Positions 28,943 to 36,995 of a DNA stretch of 64,000 bases are shown piece by piece; position 1 is the stretch's first letter; each line of letters opens with the position of its first letter. The stretch comes from a virus (lineage: Duplodnaviria > Caudoviricetes), in the IMG/VR virus record IMGVR_UViG_3300020048_003360, positions 128,001 to 192,000 of that record; one strand, given 5' to 3'. The notes under the pieces were generated by a model that was not told the DNA's origin, did no database searches, and saw only the letters and a program-made list of their open reading frames with translations. The position numbers and the translations under genes are program-made.

Positions 28943-29460
28943 ATTGTGCTCCTTAAGATATTTCTATCTATACTGTCATTCTAAATCAAGAGCATTATTT
29001 AGAATCTAGACTATGTTATCACCATATATTTGGTAGCTCTTACTCACCACACAGGTGGCTTGCTCAAATACTTAGGTATTCCGTTTCTAGTCTCTACACC
29101 TTCCTGTTATTCCTTAACGACTGTACCACTTCGATCCGTGGCCTTGGTAGGAATACTACGAGTTCAGGCTGGCTCGGCGCTGGCATATTAATAACTACCT
29201 TAGAACAGTCTTACTGCCGATGATTTTTCTTCGGAAAACCATGAAACCATCATCTGCTTCAGATACTTATTAACTTAGCTTTTGCCGAATTTACGGAAAT
29301 ACTACTAGCGGGTTTCCCTTGATACGTTACGCCTTTTCGCGTTCGTCTTACTATACCTGATTCCATTAAGGACTCACAAACATTTCTGCTTGCTCTTCGG
29401 CGATTATCCTATCCAGGTTATCGAAAACTGACTACCATATCATTTTTCGCTAGTGACCTA
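28943..29460 (-). ncRNA. Orphan group-I-intron-like RNA A
   Basis: Shares GGTCACTAGCGAAAAATG, CGCTAGTAGTATTTCCGTAAATTCGGC, GAAGGTGTAGAGACTAG..ACGGAAT and ATAGTC with the tRNA-Leu intron, but has no tRNA exons. Confidence 0.8.
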
Positions 29461-29476
29461 TTACGACACTTTATTC

Positions 29477-29743
29477 TCACACTATATTAAACCTACCATC
29501 AAACAATAGGTTTTCATTTTGTAATCTGATGTCTCCAGAGACGTTCAAATAGTAGGCATCCTTAACCACGGAGCCGTCTTCTAGATAAACATTTATCCTT
29601 AAGACATGATTCCCAAGCGTTTCCTTTATGTCCAGAAACACTCTATCCTTTACAGTAACTCTGGTAGTTACTTTAAGGTCTTCACTTTCTCCAATAGTGA
29701 AGTCATTACCAATAAAATACCTAATCATTTGCACCTCCATCAA
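29477..29743 (-). CDS. Hypothetical 88-aa protein between the two orphan ribozyme-like RNAs
   Basis: ORF with GAGGAG/GGAGG SD-like motifs. Confidence 0.65.
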   Translation of the reverse strand: MMEVQMIRYFIGNDFTIGESEDLKVTTRVTVKDRVFLDIKETLGNHVLRINVYLEDGSVVKDAYYLNVSGDIRLQNENLLFDGRFNIV

Positions 29744-29760
29744 TTAACTCCTCATTAAAG

Positions 29761-30320
29761 ATTGTGCACCTTAGAATGTTTCCATCCATTTAGTCATTTA
29801 TGGTCAAGTGTATTACCATAAATCTAGACTATTATGCTCCTTCATTAACTGTGGTTCATATTAGAGCTTCTGACAGCCATATGGTATTTTAGGTACATCA
29901 GAATTTAAGTACCACAACTACTAATCTACTAGACAACTAACTTAGGATTCCGTTTTTATAATCACACCTTCCTGTCGTGTCTTTGGAGGTACTTCTATCC
30001 TCAGTACTTTATGGGGTCTTAGTCCCACTACAGGCTTGGCTCAGTATCAACATATTCTTTAAAATAGGCTCTTCATTACATTCGGGCAACCCTGCTAGAA
30101 CTAACCGAATGAATTCTATTTACTCAAACCCGTGGCAGGATTTAACTTCGATTTGAGTACCGTCTCTTAAAGAACTTAGTTTTTACTGATTTTACGGAAA
30201 CTGATATCTTTGATTAGATCATTGTGTCATTTAGAATGGTAGGTAAAGGAATTAAGTTTTTACACTACCTTTTTAACCTATTTTATCCATAGCCACGACT
30301 ACAGTGCTAATCTAAAGTAA
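29761..30320 (-). ncRNA. Orphan group-I-intron-like RNA B (divergent P7)
   Basis: GTTTCCGTAAAATC (P3/P), TACTGAGCCAAGCC (Q), CAGGAAGGTGTGATTATAAAAACGGAAT (R), ATAATAGTCTAG (S); 3' tail homologous to RNA A. Confidence 0.7.
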
Positions 30321-30505
30321 CCAGTGCGGTACTATGCTAGGTGCATAATTGTATAACTCTGCCTAGCGCAAAGCGTGTGTCCTTTACTACTAAAGTTCAC
30401 GGGAGTAAATGAAGCTATGGACTTCATTCAGGGATTTTTCTTCTGATTATGCTCATTGCCGAAGATCCACCCGTCGCACGGTCGTATACCCATGTCCATA
30501 GCATG

Positions 30506-30661
30506 GGTTCCCTACTTGCTGAAAATCTTTCTACACGAGTAATCTATCACTCGCTTATCGTTTATCATGTAAGACAGTCCCACATAATTACATCCTGATT
30601 CGGTTTCTATCTTGGAGTAAATAACTTCTCCAGATATAAGGAAAATAATGAGTAGATACAT
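30506..30661 (-). CDS. Small hypothetical protein (51 aa)
   Basis: MYLLIIFLISGEVIYSK... with TAAGGAG SD; manually found. Confidence 0.55.
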
Positions 30662-30678
30662 TTATCTCCTTACTTAAA

Positions 30679-30728
30679 TGGCCTCCCGTAGTGGACTCGA
30701 ACCACTGACCCCAATCTTAGAAGGATTG
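30679..30728 (-). pseudogene. Partial tRNA-Arg(UCU): anticodon arm, T arm, acceptor 3' strand
   Basis: CAATC CTTCTAA GATTG GGGTC AGTGG TTCGAGT CCACT ACGGGAG G CCA; no D arm or dedicated 5' strand. Confidence 0.7.
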
Positions 30729-30734
30729 TTTAAT

Positions 30735-30816
30735 TGGCGGGACAGGTGCGACTCGAACGCACATACTCCAATTACGCGGTTAACGACGGCTTAGAAGGCC
30801 GTTGCGATACTGCCCC
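30735..30816 (-). tRNA. Atypical D-armless tRNA-like RNA, UCU anticodon, long variable region
   Basis: GGGGCAG-TATCGCA-ACGGC CTTCTAA GCCGT-23 nt-GTGCG TTCGAGT CGCAC-CTGTCCC G CCA. Confidence 0.7.
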
Positions 30817-30826
30817 AATTATACTC

Positions 30827-31078
30827 TTACCTAGCAGACGCCATACCCATGGTGGCTCTATGGATAGGTACTACATTGTCGCCGCTCTTCCTCGCCAACT
30901 CTCCATAGCAATCAGCTCTGAGCAACTCTTTCAGTCGCTCAATTGTGTCCTTATCGGAAGTTACGACCAAGTGCAAAGAAGCTGTATCATCGATGTTAGA
31001 GTCAATTACAGCTAACTGCACTGTTTCTTGCTTCGTTGAGTGTGTGGGCGCAAACATCCGTGTAAACCAGTTAAACAT
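30827..31078 (-). CDS. Hypothetical protein
   Basis: 83-aa ORF with AGGA SD between tRNA genes. Confidence 0.65.
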   Translation of the reverse strand: MFNWFTRMFAPTHSTKQETVQLAVIDSNIDDTASLHLVVTSDKDTIERLKELLRADCYGELARKSGDNVVPIHRATMGMASAR

Positions 31079-31114
31079 TTTATTCGTCCTATTATTTAGT
31101 TGATCGATGTCTTA

Positions 31115-31387
31115 CTACTGAGTACTCTCTACAGATTCACTACTAACTTCCTTTGCTGAGATCATCCATTCAAGAAAGCTATGATACACACTCATTGCTT
31201 CATTTTCATCAACCGGCACTCTAATTCCTCTCACATAGAAGCCATCTTCAGCAATTCTAAGGACAGGTTCACCAGTTTTAGCATGGTGAAAGATTACAGA
31301 ATTAGGATATAACTCTGCAGCAGTCATAGCCACTTCTGAATGAACTTCGTTAATTGCCACTGCATCCACATTTTCTTCCATGATCAT
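31115..31387 (-). CDS. Hypothetical protein
   Basis: Start refined (MIMEENV) because the longer ORF overlaps tRNA-Thr; VLRIAEDGFYVRG motif. Confidence 0.65.
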   Translation of the reverse strand: MIMEENVDAVAINEVHSEVAMTAAELYPNSVIFHHAKTGEPVLRIAEDGFYVRGIRVPVDENEAMSVYHSFLEWMISAKEVSSESVESTQ

Positions 31388-31401
31388 TCCTTTAAATAAG
31401 A

Positions 31402-31476
31402 TGGTGCCCAAGGTGGAAGTCGAACACCAGATCCCCGCATTACAAGTGCGGTGCATTACCATTCTGCTACAAGGGC
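31402..31476 (-). tRNA. tRNA-Thr(UGU)
   Basis: GCCCTTG acceptor, CCGCA CTTGTAA TGCGG anticodon arm, CCA end. Confidence 0.85.
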
Positions 31477-31489
31477 TATTTATTAAATA

Positions 31490-31792
31490 TTAATTTGATT
31501 GACCAATTGCCATATCGACAATATCTTTCAATGTAATATTATCTTTATACATTCCGTATTCATACTCCTCTAATGGAAAATGAATTAAACTAAACGCCTT
31601 ACTTAGCTTTTCAGGATCTGAAATAACAACAGTTTCTTCTAGCTTAACTTGAGTTTCAATATTAACAGATTCCAAATGAATCTTATTAGTACCAATTATT
31701 TCAACATTTGTTTCAAAAATCTTTTTCATTTCATTTCCTAAATAACCTTTATTCCATAAGGATTTAAAAAGCTCTTGTAATTCCAAGATCAT
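31490..31792 (-). CDS. Hypothetical protein
   Basis: 100-aa ORF with AAGGAG SD. Confidence 0.65.
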   Translation of the reverse strand: MILELQELFKSLWNKGYLGNEMKKIFETNVEIIGTNKIHLESVNIETQVKLEETVVISDPEKLSKAFSLIHFPLEEYEYGMYKDNITLKDIVDMAIGQSN

Positions 31793-31809
31793 TTTGTTCT
31801 CCTTATGGA

Positions 31810-31842
31810 AATCCGGCGCTCTACCAACTGAGCTATTGAGGA
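31810..31842 (-). pseudogene. Orphan 5' half of a tRNA
   Basis: TCCTCAA TA GCTC AGTTGGTA GAGC G CCGGA TT, then directly the SD of the next ORF; no matching 3' half nearby. Confidence 0.7.
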
Positions 31843-31852
31843 TTATTGTAAC

Positions 31853-32381
31853 TGGTGGGGGTAATCGGAGTCGAACCGATATACCTTGCGGTGAGGGATT
31901 TTACTTACCACTTCGGTTTTCACCGCCAGTCTTAGCCCTTGCGGGTTATCTTCTGTTCGTGGTCTGGACTATGCTATCGCCATATTACGATTTATCACCT
32001 TGACTTGACTTTACAAGTGATAGTTTATAGTCAACCGTAACGTAGGCATTCCGTCTCTAGTCTCTACACCTTCCTAATCATTAAAGCGGAGTTCTCGCTG
32101 TCTTTCGACGGATATTTCCAACATTAACAGTTTAGGCTTGGCTCGGCGTTGGCATACACTCATTCGTATCTTTTCAGGAACCTATCGTTTCGGTATTACC
32201 AACCTGCAAAGAATTTTAACTATTGAGTGTGAAGCGTTCGCCGAATTTACGGAAATACTACTAGCGTCTTTCGATTGAGTCATTACGCCAAGACAGGAAA
32301 AGCCCGCCGAGACTACCAACTCATTTTTCGCTAGTGACCCATTAAAGAGTCCCTTGTGTCTACCAATTTCACCATACCCCC
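31853..32381 (-). tRNA. tRNA-Leu(UAA) interrupted by a group I intron
   Basis: Exons 32348-32381 and 31853-31903 join into an 85-nt cloverleaf: GGGGGTA/TACCCCC acceptor, AGGGA CT|TAAAA TCCCT, long variable arm, CCA. Confidence 0.92.
31904..32347 (-). mobile_element. Group I intron (444 nt, ORF-less) after U33 of tRNA-Leu
   Basis: Exon GACU pairs with IGS GGUC (U.G splice pair); P7 GAGACTA/TAGTCC; ends CGGT-GAAA-ACCG..GTAAG|. Confidence 0.9.
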
Positions 32382-32410
32382 TCAAATTGAAAAGTTCTAG
32401 TTACAACTAC

Positions 32411-32448
32411 ATATAGGTAATATATGTTTATAAAAAGTTTCAATCGTT
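32411..32448 (-). promoter_or_regulatory. Early promoter driving the tRNA island
   Basis: TTTTTATAAACATATATTACCTATATG; TATATTAC at 32417-32424, ~35 nt above tRNA-Leu. Confidence 0.75.
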
Positions 32449-32487
32449 GTATTTCCACACAGTATCTATATATCAAATAAAAAAACT

Positions 32488-33231
32488 CTATTGAGAATTA
32501 AGTATTGTGGCCAGTGCTCTAGCTTGATTAACTGGCGTACTACTAAAACAATCCGATAATATATTATTATTCTCACTAGCTTTGACTCGTAACTCATCCA
32601 TTAAGTCTGGATGTAAGCTAGTCCAAATAGTCCATAGCCTTAAGTATTCTTGCCATAAATCTATTTTAGTGTCTAATGGCGGTTTACCTTTACCTAACCG
32701 CCAGTTATTACTACCTGGACTATGGGCTTTAACATCACACTGGTAGTGACTCTCTAGATATCTACCATCTGGCATTATCGCATATAGCGCACTAAAACGT
32801 TTATCTCCCACACTAGAGCACTCATACCCACCTTTACGCTGATACGTTACTGTTGGATTGGTATTCTTTATTCCATATTTTATTAAATATACTGGCTTAT
32901 TTAGTTGTTTCATATAGTCCATCATGTGTTTAGTACCATTGGACTTACCATCCCAAAAAACTAATAAAGCGTCAGCAAACTTACCCATTTCGGTATTTCT
33001 AATGTATCCTGCTTTCTTACCTAAGCCAGTCCAGTTAGCTGGAAATTCATATACCTTAATATTATTTAAAAGACCATATCTGTATCCTAGTTTATCGGCA
33101 CCAGGTGCCATACCAGAAACAATAGCAGTGTCTCTATTTATTACTTTTATTATATTGTTTATTGTGTCACTTAATAATTGATAGTTAGTAAATGTTCTAG
33201 TACCAGCTACAATTAATTTATATTCATCCAT
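32488..33231 (-). CDS. SLOG (YspA/DUF2493-like) domain fused to a NADAR-like domain
   Basis: N-terminus LIVAGTR..IVSGMAPGAD..AGYIRN..FWDGKSNGT.HM; C-terminus YECSSVGDKRFSALYA..ESHYQCDVK. Confidence 0.65.
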   Translation of the reverse strand: MDEYKLIVAGTRTFTNYQLLSDTINNIIKVINRDTAIVSGMAPGADKLGYRYGLLNNIKVYEFPANWTGLGKKAGYIRNTEMGKFADALLVFWDGKSNGTKHMMDYMKQLNKPVYLIKYGIKNTNPTVTYQRKGGYECSSVGDKRFSALYAIMPDGRYLESHYQCDVKAHSPGSNNWRLGKGKPPLDTKIDLWQEYLRLWTIWTSLHPDLMDELRVKASENNNILSDCFSSTPVNQARALATILNSQ

Positions 33232-33305
33232 TTCACATTATCCTTATTCTAGAAACAAAAAAAAGAGATCACGCCAGTAGTTACACTGGTATGACCTCTT
33301 TGCTA

Positions 33306-33755
33306 TCAATTAGGACGTTTCTTATTCGTCCACTCCCAGTCATGTGGTGGAATAGATAATTCCACTCGTCCTACCATTGGTACATCTACCCATATCAGTA
33401 GATGTCCATCTGGTAGGGCTTTTGCCAATTCATCTGGAATCTCCTCTACTGAGACTCCTAATGAATTAGCCTTTTGGCCAGCCCGCACAGCGATATCTTG
33501 CCATGCATAATAAGCTGCCAAGGATAAAGACACGCGGTCAAGCGTATCGCCAAGGTCCTTCATTGCTACCACCAGGCAGTTCCTGACTGCCTGGAGGTCT
33601 GGGTAGACCAAACCCAGTAGTTCGTTAACCTCTGGTAACTTACCAGAGACCGCATCGACCTCTAGCAACTTATATCCTTCTCGTGACTGATGAAGGGTAG
33701 TCATTACTGCGTGGCCGACATTGTGTCGCACCAACATTTTGAACTGATTTTTCAT
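33306..33755 (-). CDS. Hypothetical GC-richer early protein
   Basis: 149 aa; downstream of the promoter at 33909. Confidence 0.7.
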   Translation of the reverse strand: MKNQFKMLVRHNVGHAVMTTLHQSREGYKLLEVDAVSGKLPEVNELLGLVYPDLQAVRNCLVVAMKDLGDTLDRVSLSLAAYYAWQDIAVRAGQKANSLGVSVEEIPDELAKALPDGHLLIWVDVPMVGRVELSIPPHDWEWTNKKRPN

Positions 33756-33899
33756 GTCAGTTCAGCCATTTCGTACTTCACCAACTCGTTCATACTACGT
33801 GTGTTCTTGTTCATGGTACTACTCCTTCTTGCTACCGTTTGGTTCCCTCGTAGCACAGGGAGGTCAAATGACCTAGATGAGATAGATTACCATAATGTT

Positions 33900-33938
33900 C
33901 TCACATTAGTAATATGTGACTATAAAAAACTGTAATGA
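33900..33938 (-). promoter_or_regulatory. Early promoter variant
   Basis: TTTTTATAGTCACATATTACTAATGTG; core at 33909-33916. Confidence 0.7.
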
Positions 33939-33950
33939 CACTTACGACAT

Positions 33951-33986
33951 AAATAGATAACACTAAGTCACTAGTGTTATCTATTT
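33951..33986. terminator. Hairpin terminator after thyA operon
   Basis: AAATAGATAACACTA/TAGTGTTATCTATTT inverted repeat. Confidence 0.65.
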
Positions 33987-34000
33987 TAAAATAATTTTAA

Positions 34001-34459
34001 TTATCTAGATCTAGCGGTTCGTTTATTAAAAACAACATTATAAGCATCATGTATAGAAATTCCATCTCTAGTAGCTATTTCTGCTAGAGTAGCAAAATCA
34101 ATTACTACACCCTCTACTGGCTGTATTTCCGTAAATGCCTTTTTTAGTATTTCATGATCACTATCGGATATAGTGGGCTTAGATAATTTCTTAGCAATAC
34201 GACGGATTAGTAAATACCCAATTAAGTCAAAATCTACATCTTCATCTTCATCTGATTGACTACTGACTAATCTACTTAACTTATCATCAATTCGCACATT
34301 GATCTGTTCTATGTTCGAGGCTTTACTAAATACTCGTATAGGCTCTAATGCTGAATTACCATATTTTCGATTTTTAGAAATTAGCATTTCTTTAACTGCT
34401 TGTAGTTCATGTTCTAAATTAACTACAAACTCATCATGTACTGTATCTTTAGATAACAT
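34001..34459 (-). CDS. Nmad1/DUF1599-like (MazG-fold) protein
   Basis: KNRKYGNS..INVRIDDKLSRL..DLIGY motif. Confidence 0.7.
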   Translation of the reverse strand: MLSKDTVHDEFVVNLEHELQAVKEMLISKNRKYGNSALEPIRVFSKASNIEQINVRIDDKLSRLVSSQSDEDEDVDFDLIGYLLIRRIAKKLSKPTISDSDHEILKKAFTEIQPVEGVVIDFATLAEIATRDGISIHDAYNVVFNKRTARSR

Positions 34460-34506
34460 TTATTTTTCCTATACTTTCACTATGGTTAAAAATATAACTT
34501 AGGTAC

Positions 34507-35463
34507 CTATACTGCCATTTTTGCTTTTATAGCTTGATGTGATTGATAATTTACTAATGAAATATCTTCTGGAGTAATTCTGGTAAATACTCCTGGAATA
34601 TCCTTTATAGCCACTCTCTTAATTTCATTACTTAGGTGTAGTGTGGGTAATTCAAAAGGAGTATTCTTTAACTGTAACTCTAGTGCTTCAAAATGATTAC
34701 TGTAGATGTGTGCATTAGTAGCTTGAATAATTACTTTACCTGGCTTATATCCAGATAGTCTAGACATAATGGATAGAAATAATGCAGTACTGGCGATATT
34801 AAATGGTGCGCCTAAAAATAAATCCCATGAACGGATTGTCATTACTACATGTAAAGTATCGTTTATAGGTGTAAATCGATAATCCATATGACAAGCTGGC
34901 AAACAAGCTAGGTCTATTTCAGCTGGATTCCACCCTGTTACAATAATGCGCCTATCTGATGGATTAGTAATAATGGTGTGTAGTGCTTTTTCTAGCTGAT
35001 TAATAGATCTTTGTACTACATATTCAGCGTCATAACCTACACCACCGTTTCCAATGTAAGTATATCCTAATTCACATAAACGTAAATATTCATCATGGTC
35101 TACTACTCTGGTGTCTTTCCAATCAGTCCATTGAGCGCTATAAATTCTGCCTAGATCATCATGACCCTTACGATTTGGATTAGCTAACCATGCTGGTGTT
35201 TCATTAGCATTAGCGTCCCAAATTCCACAACCTAAGATTCTAAATTCAGCAGCATTAGTATAGCCTCTAAAAAACCCCAACAACTCGCCCTTTAATGTAT
35301 TAAAGGCTAGTTTCTTAGTGGTAATAGCTGGGAATGCCCCAGTAGATAAATCATACTCTAGTTGGGCACCTACGAGCGTTCTACAAGTTTGTTGTGTACG
35401 CTCATTAAATACATCAATACCCACATCTCTACATTTAATCATTAGGTCTAAATAATTTTTCAC
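34507..35463 (-). CDS. thyA: Thymidylate synthase
   Basis: FPAITTKK, RRIIVTGWNP, LPACH, RSWDLFLGAPFN, NAHIYSNH. Confidence 0.95.
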   Translation of the reverse strand: MKNYLDLMIKCRDVGIDVFNERTQQTCRTLVGAQLEYDLSTGAFPAITTKKLAFNTLKGELLGFFRGYTNAAEFRILGCGIWDANANETPAWLANPNRKGHDDLGRIYSAQWTDWKDTRVVDHDEYLRLCELGYTYIGNGGVGYDAEYVVQRSINQLEKALHTIITNPSDRRIIVTGWNPAEIDLACLPACHMDYRFTPINDTLHVVMTIRSWDLFLGAPFNIASTALFLSIMSRLSGYKPGKVIIQATNAHIYSNHFEALELQLKNTPFELPTLHLSNEIKRVAIKDIPGVFTRITPEDISLVNYQSHQAIKAKMAV

Positions 35464-35467
35464 TCCA

Positions 35468-36427
35468 TTACTCCTTTGCTTGAGTTACGTCTAGATCGTT
35501 ATTATAACGTCCTTTAGTGCGATACATAAATTCTTCTGGTACAGCAGTATGTCTAAAGAAAACAATTTGACCTATAGCCATTCCAGATACTAATCTTAAT
35601 GTATGGTATTTAAGTATGTTGGTAAGTTCTAATGTTAAGGTTGAATTATGCCAAGTCGCATCGCAGTTATGTACGTAACATCCTGCCTGTAGTGCAAAAT
35701 TATGATAATCTTCTATTGTTAAATCATAAACAGGTATAGCTACATCAAAGTTACGCCTCATTACTGAAGATACGTTATACCCCGTCATTTCGGCTATATT
35801 GTCATAAAACGGCATTACTGCTATTCCTGTGGTAAGCATACTGGCTTTACAATATTCACCATTACGTAACATTACTAAATGGTCGTCAGTACATGAAAAG
35901 GACTTACCGTTATCTAAAGTAATATCCAAAACAGTATTGACATGATTACTTATAAAACTTTTTTCAACATATCCAGGAACAAAATCACCATATGAGTCTA
36001 ATGAATAAACCCACTCGCCTTCTTTAATATCCTTAATTTGTCTCACATGTCCATCTAAACATGGGATAAGTGTTTCGCCAGTTAGACACCAACCTGCCAT
36101 ACTGTGTTCTAAACCAGACCTAGCTAAACTACTCTTTAACATGAATTGAGCACTAATATTATCTGGTAAGTAAAACATTTCTTTAGTAGATGCCAAACAA
36201 AATTGACTAGGACATAAATCTACCTGATAGTTATATGGCCTCATAATTGGTTTTTGTCTTAAAGATAAATCAATAATATTATTATCATAATTTGGTGTTG
36301 TTTCTAATAGAAAACTATCACCTAAATGTAGATCAATAGAGGCAGCATTAATAGATTCTCTATCTACACCACGAATAACGCCAGTTTCTACTAATTCTAA
36401 TAATTCTACTGCAGATAATAAACTCAT
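35468..36427 (-). CDS. dcd: dCTP deaminase containing a mini-intein
   Basis: INAASIDLHLG, KSSLARSGL, AGW|intein|CDA..LTLEL, GQIVFF, GRYN. Confidence 0.9.
   Translation of the reverse strand: MSLLSAVELLELVETGVIRGVDRESINAASIDLHLGDSFLLETTPNYDNNIIDLSLRQKPIMRPYNYQVDLCPSQFCLASTKEMFYLPDNISAQFMLKSSLARSGLEHSMAGWCLTGETLIPCLDGHVRQIKDIKEGEWVYSLDSYGDFVPGYVEKSFISNHVNTVLDITLDNGKSFSCTDDHLVMLRNGEYCKASMLTTGIAVMPFYDNIAEMTGYNVSSVMRRNFDVAIPVYDLTIEDYHNFALQAGCYVHNCDATWHNSTLTLELTNILKYHTLRLVSGMAIGQIVFFRHTAVPEEFMYRTKGRYNNDLDVTQAKE
35666..36088 (-). mobile_element. Mini-intein (141 aa) in dcd
   Basis: Starts CLTGET, has block B CTDDHLV and block F VYDLTIEDYHNF, ends VHN followed by Cys+1; no endonuclease domain. Confidence 0.92.
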
Positions 36428-36433
36428 CTTTAT

Positions 36434-36658
36434 TTATTCCTTATTCTTTATATAATCAGAAAGTATGTTAATGAGTACTGCGAATACAAACATAATAGAC
36501 TGCAGTACTAAATAACCAATTACGGTAGTGCCACCAATACTATAAACTATTAAAATGGTTAGTAATGTAGCCAAAACACCATCTAAAGCATATTTTTTAA
36601 GAAACTTAATTATAGAACACCCATTACTACATGTATTTAGCTCATCTACTTTATCCAT
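36434..36658 (-). CDS. Small two-TM membrane protein
   Basis: 74 aa with two hydrophobic stretches. Confidence 0.6.
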   Translation of the reverse strand: MDKVDELNTCSNGCSIIKFLKKYALDGVLATLLTILIVYSIGGTTVIGYLVLQSIMFVFAVLINILSDYIKNKE

Positions 36659-36671
36659 TTTATCACCTAAT

Positions 36672-36995
36672 CTAGTTAATGGCTGGAGGTAACGATAATC
36701 GCACTATAGTAGGAGCTACTCCAGTCTCAAATAAACGTATCCAATCTTTGATTTCACCAGTGTCCACTAAACAATATCTAGCATCCATGGTGTTTTCATC
36801 AGACACACTACCTAGTATAATACGAAATGCTCTATTGATAAGAAAACGTAATAACTTATTGTCAGTAGTATTTAATCCATCTGGATGTAAGTGACACATC
36901 CAATCAGTGGGTCTTTGATGTCCTAATTTAATTAAAACGTCATTTACCATTTTTATTAAATCAGTATTAGTTTCTTCAGTTACGGTATTGTTCAT
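36672..36995 (-). CDS. Hypothetical protein
   Basis: 107 aa, translationally coupled to the recA-like gene. Confidence 0.7.
   Translation of the reverse strand: MNNTVTEETNTDLIKMVNDVLIKLGHQRPTDWMCHLHPDGLNTTDNKLLRFLINRAFRIILGSVSDENTMDARYCLVDTGEIKDWIRLFETGVAPTIVRLSLPPAIN

Noticed and set aside
28612-31842. Split tRNA formed from the 5' half (31810) and a 3' half (28612 or 30679)
   Set aside because: Acceptor strands are not complementary (TCCTCAA vs CGGGCCC or ACGGGAG).
32182-32385. ORFs 32182..32385, 31794..32003 and 30734..31015
   Set aside because: Overlap tRNA genes or the intron; chance frames in structured RNA.
34507-35463. dCMP/dUMP hydroxymethylase (DNA hypermodification)
   Set aside because: Keeps the canonical ThyA Asn and folate motifs; no modification enzymes adjacent.
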